In this document: positions 29,898 to 38,543 of the stretch, piece by piece | Numbering within the stretch: the first letter of the stretch is position 1 | How the letters are laid out: each line of letters opens with the position of its first letter | Source of the DNA: Parcubacteria group bacterium | Lineage (GTDB): Bacteria; Patescibacteriota; Minisyncoccia; UBA6257; Colwellbacteraceae | Reading direction: 5' to 3' | DNA length: 64,000 bases | Assembly: GCA_041649615.1 (NCBI GenBank) | Contig: JBAZMT010000004.1 | Span: 691 to 64,690 of the forward strand | Made by a program: the position numbers and the translations under genes | Notes under the pieces: model-generated | The model's database searches: none | What the model saw: the letters and a program-made list of their open reading frames with translations, nothing else | What the model was told of the DNA's origin: nothing

Positions 29898-29975
29898 GCG
29901 CCTGTAGCTCAGTCTGGTTAGAGCATGGAGCTTATACCTCCAGGGTCCTTGGTTCGAATCCAAGCAGGCGCACCA
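29898..29975 (+). tRNA. tRNA with anticodon TAT (tRNA-Ile reading AUA); CCA encoded
   Basis: Acceptor stem GCGCCTG/CAGGCGC. D-arm gctc-agtctggtta-gagc. Anticodon stem tggag/ctcca with loop c-t-TAT-a-c. T-arm cttgg-ttcgaat-ccaag. Ends in ACCA. Confidence 0.75.
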
Positions 29976-30081
29976 AAAAAATTCAAAACGCAAGACTCAA
30001 AACTCAAAACTAAAGTTACTCCCTTCGGAAGATTTTATAGTTTGAATTTGTTTTTTGTTCTGTTTATGATTCCCTCAATCA

Positions 30082-30154
30082 GGACGGTTAGCTCAGTTGG
30101 TAGAGCGTCTCGTTTACACCGAGAAGGTCACAGGTCCGAGTCCTGTACCGTCCA
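30082..30154 (+). tRNA. tRNA-Val (anticodon TAC); CCA not encoded; unusual T-loop TCCGAGT
   Basis: Acceptor stem GGACGGT/ACCGTCC. D-arm gctc-agttggta-gagc. Anticodon stem tctcg/cgaga with loop tt-TAC-ac. T-stem acagg/cctgt. Confidence 0.65.
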
Positions 30155-30159
30155 CAATC

Positions 30160-30861
30160 TTATTTCGTCGTTTGCAGTATTTTCTTTCTCTCCCCTTCCG
30201 GAAATCTTTCAATCGCGTAACGAAGGGTCGTGCGAGGCATTTTTTCTCCGTTCTCTTTTATAAATTCCAAAAGACGCGTTTTATTTTTCTTACCGCATTC
30301 GCGTAAAACCCAGCCGACAGCTTTGTGCATTAAATCCTCTTTGTCTTTAAGTAGAATTTCCGCGATAGCGAAAGCATCGTTCAAATCGCCTTTACGTACA
30401 AAGGCGAAAGTAGAAATTATGGACATACGGCGTTCCCACAAAATCTTTGATTTTGCCAGTCGGTAAAGAGGCGTTCTCTTTTTATTAGAAAGCCAATCCC
30501 CCACTATTTTGTGCGCGGATAAGTCAACCAAATCCCAGTTATTGATTCGTGCCGTGTGGCGTAAATAAAAGCGGTATATTCCTTCTTTCTCTTTTTGCAC
30601 TCCTCGTTCGTATTTCGCAACGAGCATTCCAACGGCCACCGAACGAGCTTCGTGAAACGGGTCGGCTAAAAGTTTTTCAATGCCTCTAAGATCCGTTTCT
30701 TTAAAATGTTTTTTAACAACTTCTTTCAGTACCGGAGTTTTAATTCCCAAAAATTTATCTCCTTCTCCATATTCCCCTTTTCCCGTTTTAAAAAACCACG
30801 CCAGATTATTTGCGCGTTTTTTGTCGGCTAAAGAAAACAATTCTCTTTTTATTGTTTCCAA
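30160..30861 (-). CDS. DNA alkylation repair protein (AlkD/AlkC-like HEAT-repeat glycosylase family)
   Basis: 233 aa. The all-helical repeat protein matches the DNA alkylation repair enzyme family pattern (NNWDLVD..., KAVGWVLRE). Confidence 0.7.
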   Translation of the reverse strand: METIKRELFSLADKKRANNLAWFFKTGKGEYGEGDKFLGIKTPVLKEVVKKHFKETDLRGIEKLLADPFHEARSVAVGMLVAKYERGVQKEKEGIYRFYLRHTARINNWDLVDLSAHKIVGDWLSNKKRTPLYRLAKSKILWERRMSIISTFAFVRKGDLNDAFAIAEILLKDKEDLMHKAVGWVLRECGKKNKTRLLEFIKENGEKMPRTTLRYAIERFPEGERKKILQTTK

Positions 30862-31463
30862 GTCGTTTTATTCAGTTTCCAGAGATTACCCTCAAAAATC
30901 ATTTCCACGTCCGCTTTTTTTCCGTCATCAAGCGTAATTTCAATATCGGCTTTTTTATCGGACTCGGATAATAATTCCACGTTTTTTATTTCGCCTCTCG
31001 GCATAGTAGCCATGATTATAGCCACCATACTTTCTTCGGTTATGAATCCTCCCGTTCCTTTAATAACATCTCTCATCTGATTATATTTCTGAATTGAACT
31101 ATCGCGATTTTCTTCGCTTTGATAGAGCTCGGTAAAGAGAATCAAGTCGTCTATGTTTTTTATTTTTAAAATTTCTCCTCTGATAATTCGGTAAGTTTCA
31201 ACCGGGCCAAGTCCCGATATATTGACGTCTTGAACAGAAATTATTTTTGGCGTTTCCTCCGGAATACTATTTTCTTCTTCGTTCATCCCGGAATTATTTT
31301 CCTCTGGGAGGTTTGTTTCGCTATTATTTTCGGCGGTTAATTTACTAAGGTTCGGGATCCGGTTTAAAAGCAGTGAAGCAACCATAAAAATAAGAGCCGC
31401 GCCCAATATTGCGAGGTGCCAGATTTTTATCGGCTTCTTTTCTTTTTTAACTATGTCATCCAT
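30849..31463 (-). CDS. hypothetical membrane-anchored protein
   Basis: 204 aa. One N-terminal TM (IWHLAILGAALIFMVASLLL), an Asn/Glu-rich linker and a C-terminal domain of unknown function. Confidence 0.55.
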   Translation of the reverse strand: MDDIVKKEKKPIKIWHLAILGAALIFMVASLLLNRIPNLSKLTAENNSETNLPEENNSGMNEEENSIPEETPKIISVQDVNISGLGPVETYRIIRGEILKIKNIDDLILFTELYQSEENRDSSIQKYNQMRDVIKGTGGFITEESMVAIIMATMPRGEIKNVELLSESDKKADIEITLDDGKKADVEMIFEGNLWKLNKTTWKQ

Positions 31464-31944
31464 TTGATCTGAATGTGCTTATTCCTTTTCCGAAAAGCTT
31501 TATGAAAACTTCTTCCTTGTCTTTCTCGGTCAATATGTTTATTCCTTCCTTCAATAACTCTTCTCTCAAATCATATTTTAATTTCAAAGACTTATTAAAT
31601 AAAGAGATTAGCGTTACTTCGTCGTCATCCGCGGCCAATCGGTTTATGGAAATTTTTCCGCAAACGACGCACTTATGAATGATCATTAACTCCCCTTTCC
31701 TCTCCCTTTTATATTTATCGCTCCCTTCGTGTTTGAAAGTCAGGCCGATAGGTTCCATCTGTCCTTTGCAGTTTGAAGCGCGATCACCGGAAAATTCTTC
31801 ATCAAGATGAAGCGAAAAAAGGCAATATGGACAGTGGTTCCGGTGTGCGGTGCCTATACTCCCGGAAAAGGGAATTTGCTTGCCGCAATTAACACAGATA
31901 AATCCCTCTTCCTTATCTTCTTCTTTTATTTCATGTCCGGGCAT
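31456..31944 (-). CDS. RNHCP-domain zinc-binding protein
   Basis: 162 aa. CVNCG...RNHCPYC and a second CVVCG Cys cluster are typical of the RNHCP domain family. Confidence 0.6.
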   Translation of the reverse strand: MPGHEIKEEDKEEGFICVNCGKQIPFSGSIGTAHRNHCPYCLFSLHLDEEFSGDRASNCKGQMEPIGLTFKHEGSDKYKRERKGELMIIHKCVVCGKISINRLAADDDEVTLISLFNKSLKLKYDLREELLKEGINILTEKDKEEVFIKLFGKGISTFRSNG

Positions 31945-31979
31945 ATTAATAAGAGAAATTTAATATGTCCGGGTGTTTT

Positions 31980-32372
31980 TGGCTAGTATTAAAGATAAAA
32001 GGATGTGGCCACATATGTGGACAACTATGGGTATAACCCGGCCAAATTGTGGATAAATGGCCGGGTCAAAATGGCCGGGTTTATGTTTTTAAAATGACAC
32101 CCAAATAAGTGTTTTCACACTGTTTTCACATTAAAAACTGTTTTCACATTTGTTTTCACATCCTAGAGGCCGAATTTGTTTCAAAATGTTTGCCGACAAA
32201 CACTTTGTACAAAAGTGATTGGTGTTTTCACATTTGTTTTCACATTCTGGATGTCAGATTTGTTTTAAAATGTTTGCCGGCAAACATTTTGTGCAAAAAA
32301 ACGTGTTGCGAGTGTTTGCCGGTAAACATTTTATGCAAGATTTTTTGTTTAGAGTGTTTGTCGGCAAACACT
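31980..32372. repeat. complex repeat-rich divergent intergenic region with DnaA-box-like 9-mers, an 84 bp direct repeat carrying TGTTTTCACA doublets, and four phased copies of the 16 bp palindrome TGTTTGCCGGCAAACA
   Basis: DnaA-box-like 9-mers tgtggacaa (32017) and tgtggataa (32048). Palindrome ccacatatgtgg at 32009-32020. Two copies of aatggccgggt. Palindrome copies start at 32187, 32271, 32313 and 32355 (spacings 84, 42 and 42 bp). The motif ctgttttcacatttgttttcacat occurs at 32138 and 32222 (84 bp apart). Confidence 0.8.
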
Positions 32373-32396
32373 CTAAAACAGATTTATAATAAAAAA

Positions 32397-32786
32397 GTGA
32401 GAGAGATTCCTTCTTTTAATGGTCAACGTGGCCAAATTGGGACATATGGAGAACAATTGGCGGCCAAATATTTAAGGGAAAACGGATATAAAATAGTCCG
32501 AACAAATGTGTCTTTTCCTTATGGTGAAATAGATATTATTGCGAGAGATCGTGACAAGACTCTAGTTTTCGTTGAGGTTAAGGCCATGGCCAGATATGGT
32601 CATATTGGGGGATTGCGGCCAGAAGATAATTTGACCCGGGCAAAGTTAGTGAAATTAAAAAAATCTTCTCAATTCTTCGCCAATCAAAATCAAGCTCTTT
32701 CAAAGAATGGTTGGCGAATAGATTTAATTGCCTTGACAATATTAGAAAAAAGTTGTGACATTAGACACTTGAAAAATATTGGTTAA
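32397..32786 (+). CDS. yraN: YraN/UPF0102 family endonuclease-like protein (start uncertain, possibly GTG at 32397)
   Basis: The ORF-track ORF 32109..32786 has an N-terminal 96 codons that translate the repeat array (Cys/His/Phe-rich nonsense). The C-terminal 125 aa match YraN (GEQLAAKYLRENGYKIVRTNVSFPYGEIDIIARDRDKTLVFVEVKAM). Confidence 0.65.
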   Translation: MREIPSFNGQRGQIGTYGEQLAAKYLRENGYKIVRTNVSFPYGEIDIIARDRDKTLVFVEVKAMARYGHIGGLRPEDNLTRAKLVKLKKSSQFFANQNQALSKNGWRIDLIALTILEKSCDIRHLKNIG

Positions 32787-32807
32787 CACATTTATAATTC
32801 CGGGATT

Positions 32808-33044
32808 ATGCCAAGGATAAGATCAGCCAAAAAAGCTTTAAGACAATCCGTAAAAAGGGAACGGGAGAATTTGAAAAAAATGAAGTCTCTCAAGGCTTCC
32901 GTTAAGACGTATAAAAAGACCTTGTCCGCGAATTCGCTTTCGGAAGCATACAGAGCGTTAGATAAGGGGGCTAAAACGGGGCTAATTAAAAGGAATAAAG
33001 CGCGCAGGCTTAAATCAAGATTGGCTAAAAAACAAACCCGCTAA
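32808..33044 (+). CDS. rpsT: 30S ribosomal protein S20
   Basis: 78 aa. MPRIRSAKKALRQSVKRERENLKKM... matches the S20 consensus. Confidence 0.9.
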   Translation: MPRIRSAKKALRQSVKRERENLKKMKSLKASVKTYKKTLSANSLSEAYRALDKGAKTGLIKRNKARRLKSRLAKKQTR

Positions 33045-33060
33045 GTAAAGCGGGTTTTTG
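33034..33060 (+). terminator. rho-independent terminator of rpsT (the stop codon lies in the loop)
   Basis: cccgct-aagtaa-agcggg followed by TTTTTGATTT. Confidence 0.75.
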
Positions 33061-33062
33061 AT

Positions 33063-33869
33063 TTATCTAATAACGAAATCAAGAAGGGCCTCCTCGTAAT
33101 CCAGTTTTCCGGATTTGACGGCCACGTCGTAATCGGCCATGAGACTGAACCACTCTTCGGGAGAAGTTCCCTTGGGAGCAGAGTAGGCGAGACTGTTAAA
33201 AACTCTCGCCGGATCTTCTTTGAGCTTGTATAAAATGGCTTCAAGCGCGATTAATTTTCTTTCTTTGCTCCTGCCGAATTTAATGGCGGAGAGCAGTTCA
33301 AAATAACTCGGTTCGGGCGAAGAGACCGGAAATTCCTTGGACTTAGCCAGAGCCAATTTATCCAGCTCCGAAGAAATGGACCAGAGGTCGCCTCCGAAAG
33401 AAGCGATTAACGATCTGGCGTCCGATTCTGAGAAATTTATTCCTTTTTCAATAGCTTCTTTTAATACGAAGAAAACGAGTTTGTCTTTGGGCAGAAGATC
33501 AAATTCTTGAGTTCTCGTGGGCGGAGCAGCGAGAAAAGGCATACTATCCGGTAAGGAAGTTTCCGCGCTGCTCACAAGAATAATTATATCCTTGCTCACA
33601 GCGAGTCCCGTAAGAATTTCTTTAAAACGATTAAGAACGTCTTCCGAAAAAAGATTGAAATCAACATCCTTCAGGCCAATTAAAGTGCGCGGAGAGAATA
33701 TGGAGCGAGCTTTGGCCGCTTCTAAAAATTTTTCGGATTCATCGGAAGAAAATTCCGAAAAACCAAGGTTACCGTTTTTACCGATGAATTCTCCGACAAT
33801 CGCCGCATATTTTCTCTTCCGGCGAAAGGAATCTTCGCCATAAAGGAAGACAATCATGATTGCGACCAA
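33063..33869 (-). CDS. holA: DNA polymerase III delta subunit-like protein
   Basis: 268 aa. The N-terminus MIVFLYGEDSF matches the HolA start motif. The helical clamp-loader-like C-terminal domain is shorter than canonical HolA. Confidence 0.55.
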   Translation of the reverse strand: MVAIMIVFLYGEDSFRRKRKYAAIVGEFIGKNGNLGFSEFSSDESEKFLEAAKARSIFSPRTLIGLKDVDFNLFSEDVLNRFKEILTGLAVSKDIIILVSSAETSLPDSMPFLAAPPTRTQEFDLLPKDKLVFFVLKEAIEKGINFSESDARSLIASFGGDLWSISSELDKLALAKSKEFPVSSPEPSYFELLSAIKFGRSKERKLIALEAILYKLKEDPARVFNSLAYSAPKGTSPEEWFSLMADYDVAVKSGKLDYEEALLDFVIR

Positions 33870-33899
33870 TATACCACAAAAACCGAAAAATTCCTTCGG

Positions 33900-34778
33900 C
33901 TATAGTTTCTGACAACTGGGACAGAATCTAGCGGACCGGCTGCCGATTTTGATCCTTTTAATGGAAGTTCCGCATCGGGGGCACGGTTTCCCGTCTCTCC
34001 GGTAAACGAGCCTTTTTTCGGCATATCCTCCTTCTTTTCCTTCCAGCGTTCGAAAGTCGGATATGGAAGTTCCGCCAAGTTTTACCGCAAGAGCCAAAAT
34101 ATCTTTCATTGCATCGTAAAGTTTCGCTATTTCTTTTTCGGTCAGAGATGCCGCCGGACGAAGAGGATGAATTTTCGCTTTGAATAGAATGTCGTCCGAA
34201 TAAATATTTCCGATGCCGGCGATCTTCGTTTGATCCATAAGGAGGCTTTTAATATGCTTTCGCGATCCCGAAATAACGGAATGAAACTCGTTTGAATTCA
34301 TTTCCGTAGCTTCCGTGCCCGCATCATAAATTCCTTTTTCTTTGCGTATCTCTTCTTCTTTGCCGAAAATAAGTTTTGCGAATTTCCGTAAATCGGAAAG
34401 GGCCAATTCGCGGCCGTCATCAAGATAAAAAATAACGTGAATATAACCGTTCACTTTCTCGCTAAGGGCGCCCTTAAGCAAAGAAACAGCTATTTCTTTG
34501 CCTTCTTCTTTTTCAATATTCCATTTACCGATAAGAAGATGACCCGTCATTTTAAGATGGATGAGAAGAGCGTAGCCTCCACTGAGCGAAATGATGATGT
34601 TCTTCGCTCTTCTCTGAACATTCGTTATCTCCCTTCCTTTTACGCCTTCTTTCAGTTCTTCAAACGAGCCTTTCCGAATAAGTTTCGGCGTATTGGTCCA
34701 AACGTCTTTAATGCGGCGTCCGACAACCAGGCGTTTTAAACTTCGCGCCGTGTTTTCAACTTCCGGAAGTTCGGGCAT
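33900..34778 (-). CDS. mutM: formamidopyrimidine-DNA glycosylase (Fpg/MutM; Nei family)
   Basis: 292 aa. N-terminal MPELPEVE, an H2TH domain and a C-terminal zinc finger CPRCG...CPSC. Confidence 0.9.
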   Translation of the reverse strand: MPELPEVENTARSLKRLVVGRRIKDVWTNTPKLIRKGSFEELKEGVKGREITNVQRRAKNIIISLSGGYALLIHLKMTGHLLIGKWNIEKEEGKEIAVSLLKGALSEKVNGYIHVIFYLDDGRELALSDLRKFAKLIFGKEEEIRKEKGIYDAGTEATEMNSNEFHSVISGSRKHIKSLLMDQTKIAGIGNIYSDDILFKAKIHPLRPAASLTEKEIAKLYDAMKDILALAVKLGGTSISDFRTLEGKEGGYAEKRLVYRRDGKPCPRCGTSIKRIKIGSRSARFCPSCQKL

Positions 34779-34811
34779 GAGAAGATTATAACTCGCCTGG
34801 AGGAACGAAGC

Positions 34812-36128
34812 CTATTCAACCATTACCTCCTTCGGCGGAATCAAGGCGGGATCGGTTGGGAGAACGATATAAAAGGTGGATCCTCGGCCAAGAGCGGAAT
34901 CGGCCGAGATATTACCGCCGTGCCGCAGAATGATGTTCTTTGTAATATAGAGCCCAAGTCCCGATCCTTCGGTCTCCGACTTGGTGATGTTTTCTCCCCT
35001 GAAGAATTTGGTGAAAAGTTTGCTTAAAGCATCTTTTGACATTCCCACTCCCGTGTCTTTAATGGATATTTGAATGTAAGGACGGTTCGGGTAAGGCTCG
35101 ATTTTAACGATAACCTGCCCGTTCGTGACGTTATATTTAATGGCGTTGTCCAGGAGATTGGAGAAGGCGATGCCCAGTTTTTGGGGATCTCCGTGAATAA
35201 AAATGGGATTTTTGGGCCGGTCAAAGTAAAGGGAAACGTTGTATTTCTTGGCTAGAATGTTTGCGTTTTTCAACAAGTCGTCCAAAAACATTCCGATATC
35301 AATTTCCGTGAAAGTGTAGCCAAATTTACCTGATTCAATTTTAGAAACGTCCAACAAGTCGTTTACGATCTTTAAAAGTTTCGCCGAAGCGGCAAGGCCG
35401 TTTGAAATAAGTTCCTGGTCATCCGATGAAAGGGTTTCGCTTTTTACAACCGTTTCAAATATCCAATGAACGGCGGTTAGGGGAGTGCGCAATTGATGAG
35501 CGGCAACCGTGATGAATTCCGATTTTCCGCGCAAAAATTCCACTTCTCTCGTTCGGTCTCTTATTATTTTGATGAAACCGGTGGGACTCCCGTCTTCGCT
35601 TATCAGCCTGTCGGTTGAAACCGAGAGCTCAAGAATCGGATCGGAAAAAGATATGTCCATAAGTTGAGGATATTCTCCGGGAGCACTTTTCTTCATTACG
35701 GAAGGAGCGAGAGAGGGAAAAATCACCTGCACCAAAGTTTTAAAAGACGGGTCGGATATCTTCTCGGGTGAAATGACTTGCCCTAAAATGTTTTCCTTTT
35801 TGAGCTTGAATGTTTCCTCGGCCATCCGATTCCAGATAATGATTCTAAAATCCTTGTCATAAACGATGATGGCATCGCTTACGCAGGACACGAGCCTGTC
35901 TATCCGCATCTGTTCCAGCTCGCCTTTGCCTTTGAGCTCGTTGAACGCTTTGCCTAAAAAGAACGAGCCGCCGGTTATTGCGGCAAAAAAGATTACGGAG
36001 GCGACAAACCAGGACAGAGAAAAATGCGTGAAAGCAAGAATGGAAAATAAAATTCCGAAAACGAGAGTCGCTCCAAAAAGAGCGAATTCCGGTTTATACC
36101 AATTAATTTTTTTATTATTTTCCGGCAA
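34812..36128 (-). CDS. sensor histidine kinase (2 TM, PAS, HisKA, HATPase_c); no adjacent response regulator
   Basis: 438 aa. H-box AAHQLRTPLTAV. N, G1 and G2 boxes present (LLDNAIKYN, DTGVGM, GSGLGL). Confidence 0.88.
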   Translation of the reverse strand: MPENNKKINWYKPEFALFGATLVFGILFSILAFTHFSLSWFVASVIFFAAITGGSFFLGKAFNELKGKGELEQMRIDRLVSCVSDAIIVYDKDFRIIIWNRMAEETFKLKKENILGQVISPEKISDPSFKTLVQVIFPSLAPSVMKKSAPGEYPQLMDISFSDPILELSVSTDRLISEDGSPTGFIKIIRDRTREVEFLRGKSEFITVAAHQLRTPLTAVHWIFETVVKSETLSSDDQELISNGLAASAKLLKIVNDLLDVSKIESGKFGYTFTEIDIGMFLDDLLKNANILAKKYNVSLYFDRPKNPIFIHGDPQKLGIAFSNLLDNAIKYNVTNGQVIVKIEPYPNRPYIQISIKDTGVGMSKDALSKLFTKFFRGENITKSETEGSGLGLYITKNIILRHGGNISADSALGRGSTFYIVLPTDPALIPPKEVMVE

Positions 36129-36158
36129 CTTGTACAGTGTAATTGTACAACGAGAGGC

Positions 36159-37040
36159 TTATAAGTTAGAACGATTAACTCTTTCCGAGAGATTCCTGAA
36201 TCCTTTCGCGAGAAGAAAAGCGGACAGTTCATTCTGGGGCAGAGGATTAACTTTGAAATCGGAAACTGATGGAAAGGAAATCGGAACGTTTTTTGCGATA
36301 GTCGCGAGATTTTTAGAAAGCAAAGCGATCTCCTTATTATCAATCACGTTTTTTAAAGCGGCCGTTTTTGGTTCGGGAGATAAAGCATACAAGTCTTCAA
36401 GAGGCCCGTATTTCTTGATTAATTCCGCTGCCGTTTTCGGTCCGATGCCCGAAACTCCCGGAATATTATCGGACGTGTCGCCGACCAATCCTTTAAAATC
36501 GGGAATGTGTTCCGGCGGAACGCCAAAACGATTAATAACGGCCTCGCGATTGTATTCGGTAAAGGAACTAATGCCTTTTTGAGGAATCCAGGCTATTACG
36601 CGATCGTCTTCCACGAGCTGTAAAATGTCCAAATCGCCCGAAAGAATAACTATTTTATCGGCTATATTCTCGGAAGAAGCGCGATAAGCGACCGTCCCGA
36701 TGATGTCATCCGCTTCAAAACCCGGATAATCAAGGCTAATTAAACCAAAAGCTTTAAAGAATTCTTTTGAAGAAATAAGCTGGGAAACCAGATTTTCTTC
36801 CGCTTCCGGACGATGTTCCTTGTAAGCGGAATATTCTTTCTCCCTAAAAGTGGGTTCCGGCCGGTCAAAGGCGGCAACGGCGTATTCCGGTGAAATCTCT
36901 CTTAAAATTTTAAGCATGATGCTTGATAAGCCGTATAAGGCGCCCGCCGGTTTTCCTTCCGAGTCAGTTAAAGGCGGGAGAGCGTGATAGGCCCGATGAA
37001 TAAGGGAGTTCGCGTCTATTATAAGGAAGGTCTGTTTCAT
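36159..37040 (-). CDS. 5'-3' exonuclease (stand-alone Pol I N-terminal / FEN-like nuclease domain)
   Basis: 293 aa. LIIDANSLIHRAYHA..., acidic metal-binding clusters and an H3TH region GIPGVSGIGPKTA. Confidence 0.88.
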   Translation of the reverse strand: MKQTFLIIDANSLIHRAYHALPPLTDSEGKPAGALYGLSSIMLKILREISPEYAVAAFDRPEPTFREKEYSAYKEHRPEAEENLVSQLISSKEFFKAFGLISLDYPGFEADDIIGTVAYRASSENIADKIVILSGDLDILQLVEDDRVIAWIPQKGISSFTEYNREAVINRFGVPPEHIPDFKGLVGDTSDNIPGVSGIGPKTAAELIKKYGPLEDLYALSPEPKTAALKNVIDNKEIALLSKNLATIAKNVPISFPSVSDFKVNPLPQNELSAFLLAKGFRNLSERVNRSNL

Positions 37041-37047
37041 GATTCTC

Positions 37048-37524
37048 TTATGAATTGTAACGAATCGTCCGTTCGTTTTCTTTTTTCCCGTGGAAAAAAT
37101 AAATTTTGGTAATTCTGAATTCCCGCGTTAAGCGCGGGAATGACAAGGAAGAAATCAATTCAGGCCATTCTATGAGAGTTATCGTCTTATTATCATTTAG
37201 AATTTCGGGAAAACCGATATTTTTGAGTTCTTTTAAGTTTTTTACTCGGTACAGGTCGGCGTGCAAAAGATTGGTATAGCCGTTTCTCTTTATCTTATAT
37301 GATTTAACGATGGCAAAAGTGGGACTTAAAACTCTTTTAACGCCTAAAAATCCGGCGAATCCTTTAACGAATGCCGTCTTTCCCGAACCGAGATCGCCAA
37401 AAAGGAGGAATACTCGCGGTTTTGGATTTTTGCCGACATCTTTCGTAAGTTTATCCGCCAGTTTGGCGCCTAATTCTTTAGTTTGTTTTTCCGAAACGGA
37501 ACGCAAAACGTGCATACGCGTCAT
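37048..37524 (-). CDS. tsaE: tRNA threonylcarbamoyladenosine biosynthesis ATPase TsaE (YjeE)
   Basis: 158 aa. P-loop FGDLGSGKT and conserved VLSPTFAIV...HADLYR. Confidence 0.85.
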   Translation of the reverse strand: MTRMHVLRSVSEKQTKELGAKLADKLTKDVGKNPKPRVFLLFGDLGSGKTAFVKGFAGFLGVKRVLSPTFAIVKSYKIKRNGYTNLLHADLYRVKNLKELKNIGFPEILNDNKTITLIEWPELISSLSFPRLTREFRITKIYFFHGKKENERTIRYNS

Positions 37525-38510
37525 TTTCCTGAGTTTTCAAGATAATTCAGTCCTTTTTCGGTAAGCATACGGCCGGCAGGAGTTCTTTTTATAAGCCCGA
37601 TTTTTATAAGGTAGGGCTCATAGACGCCCTCTATAACGCTTTTTTCTTCTCCGAGAGAAGAGGAAATGGAGCCTACGCCGGCCGGACCTCCCCCAAATTG
37701 ATCGCGTAAAATCAGAAGAATTCGCCTGTCTTGGTATTCAAGGCCGAGATTGTCAATTTCGAGTATTTCAAAAAGTTCTTTCAGACATTTTCCGTCAATG
37801 AACTTGCTCTCGCGCACTTCGGCAACGTCTCGCGCTCTTTTTAGGATGCGATTTGCCGTACGCGGAGTAAAGCGGCTTACTTCGGAGAGTTTTTCCACGG
37901 CCTCCTCGGTTATTTCCACTCCCAAAATGATGGCCGATCTCTTTATGATTTCCTTAATATCGCTTTCTGAATAATAGTCCAGACGAAAAGTCGCTCCGAA
38001 ACGAGACCTTAGGGGACCGGAGAGCAAGTCAATTCTCGTTGTGGCCGCGACCAGCGTAAAGGGCATAAGGTCAATAGAGATAGTTCTCGCTGACGGCCCT
38101 TTGCCGAGGACTATGTTTAATGTCCGGCTCTCCATGGCCGAGTAGAGTACTTCCTCAATCATTTTGTTCAAGCGATGGACTTCGTCAATGAATAATATGT
38201 CCCCGTTTTCTAGGTTGGTTAGAATGGCGGCCAAATCGCCGGTCTTCTCTATGGCCGGGCCGGAAGTAATCTTTAAATTTCCTTTTGCCTCCCTGGCAAT
38301 AATATGAGCTAAAGTGGTTTTACCTAAGCCCGCCTGGCCATATAAAAGTATGTGATCAACCGGCTCATTTCTTTTATTGGCCGCCTCAAGAATAATTCTA
38401 AGACTCTTCTTGACCGGCTCTTGGCCAATATACCTTTCAAAGCTGTCCGGCCTTAATAGGTTTTCCCAGTTTTGTTCTTCTTTTTGGCCATATATACTTG
38501 CCTCGGTCAT
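37521..38510 (-). CDS. ruvB: Holliday junction branch migration ATPase RuvB
   Basis: 329 aa. LLYGQAGLGKTTLAHIIA, sensor motifs and a C-terminal winged-helix domain. Confidence 0.95.
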   Translation of the reverse strand: MTEASIYGQKEEQNWENLLRPDSFERYIGQEPVKKSLRIILEAANKRNEPVDHILLYGQAGLGKTTLAHIIAREAKGNLKITSGPAIEKTGDLAAILTNLENGDILFIDEVHRLNKMIEEVLYSAMESRTLNIVLGKGPSARTISIDLMPFTLVAATTRIDLLSGPLRSRFGATFRLDYYSESDIKEIIKRSAIILGVEITEEAVEKLSEVSRFTPRTANRILKRARDVAEVRESKFIDGKCLKELFEILEIDNLGLEYQDRRILLILRDQFGGGPAGVGSISSSLGEEKSVIEGVYEPYLIKIGLIKRTPAGRMLTEKGLNYLENSGK

Positions 38511-38514
38511 GGTC

Positions 38515-38543
38515 TTGACAATATTTATCCTATATGTTAGAAT
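38515..38543 (+). promoter_or_regulatory. near-consensus sigma70 promoter TTGACA-17-TAGAAT on the plus strand; it overlaps a weaker minus-strand TTGACC-17-ATAAAT element facing ruvB
   Basis: ttgaca 38515-38520, spacer atatttatcctatatgt, tagaat 38538-38543. No plus-strand CDS follows until 40041. Confidence 0.5.

Noticed and set aside
32109-32396. N-terminal 96 codons of the ORF-track ORF 32109..32786 (Cys/His/Phe-rich peptide)
   Set aside because: It is a translation of the tandem TGTTTTCACA / TGTTTGCCGGCAAACA repeat array. Only the C-terminal YraN-homologous part is plausible coding sequence.
32100-32400. Possible CRISPR array
   Set aside because: The repeat units are heterogeneous (10 bp and 16 bp palindromes in an 84/42 bp phased arrangement). 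The spacers are not unique sequences of uniform length, and no cas genes are present.
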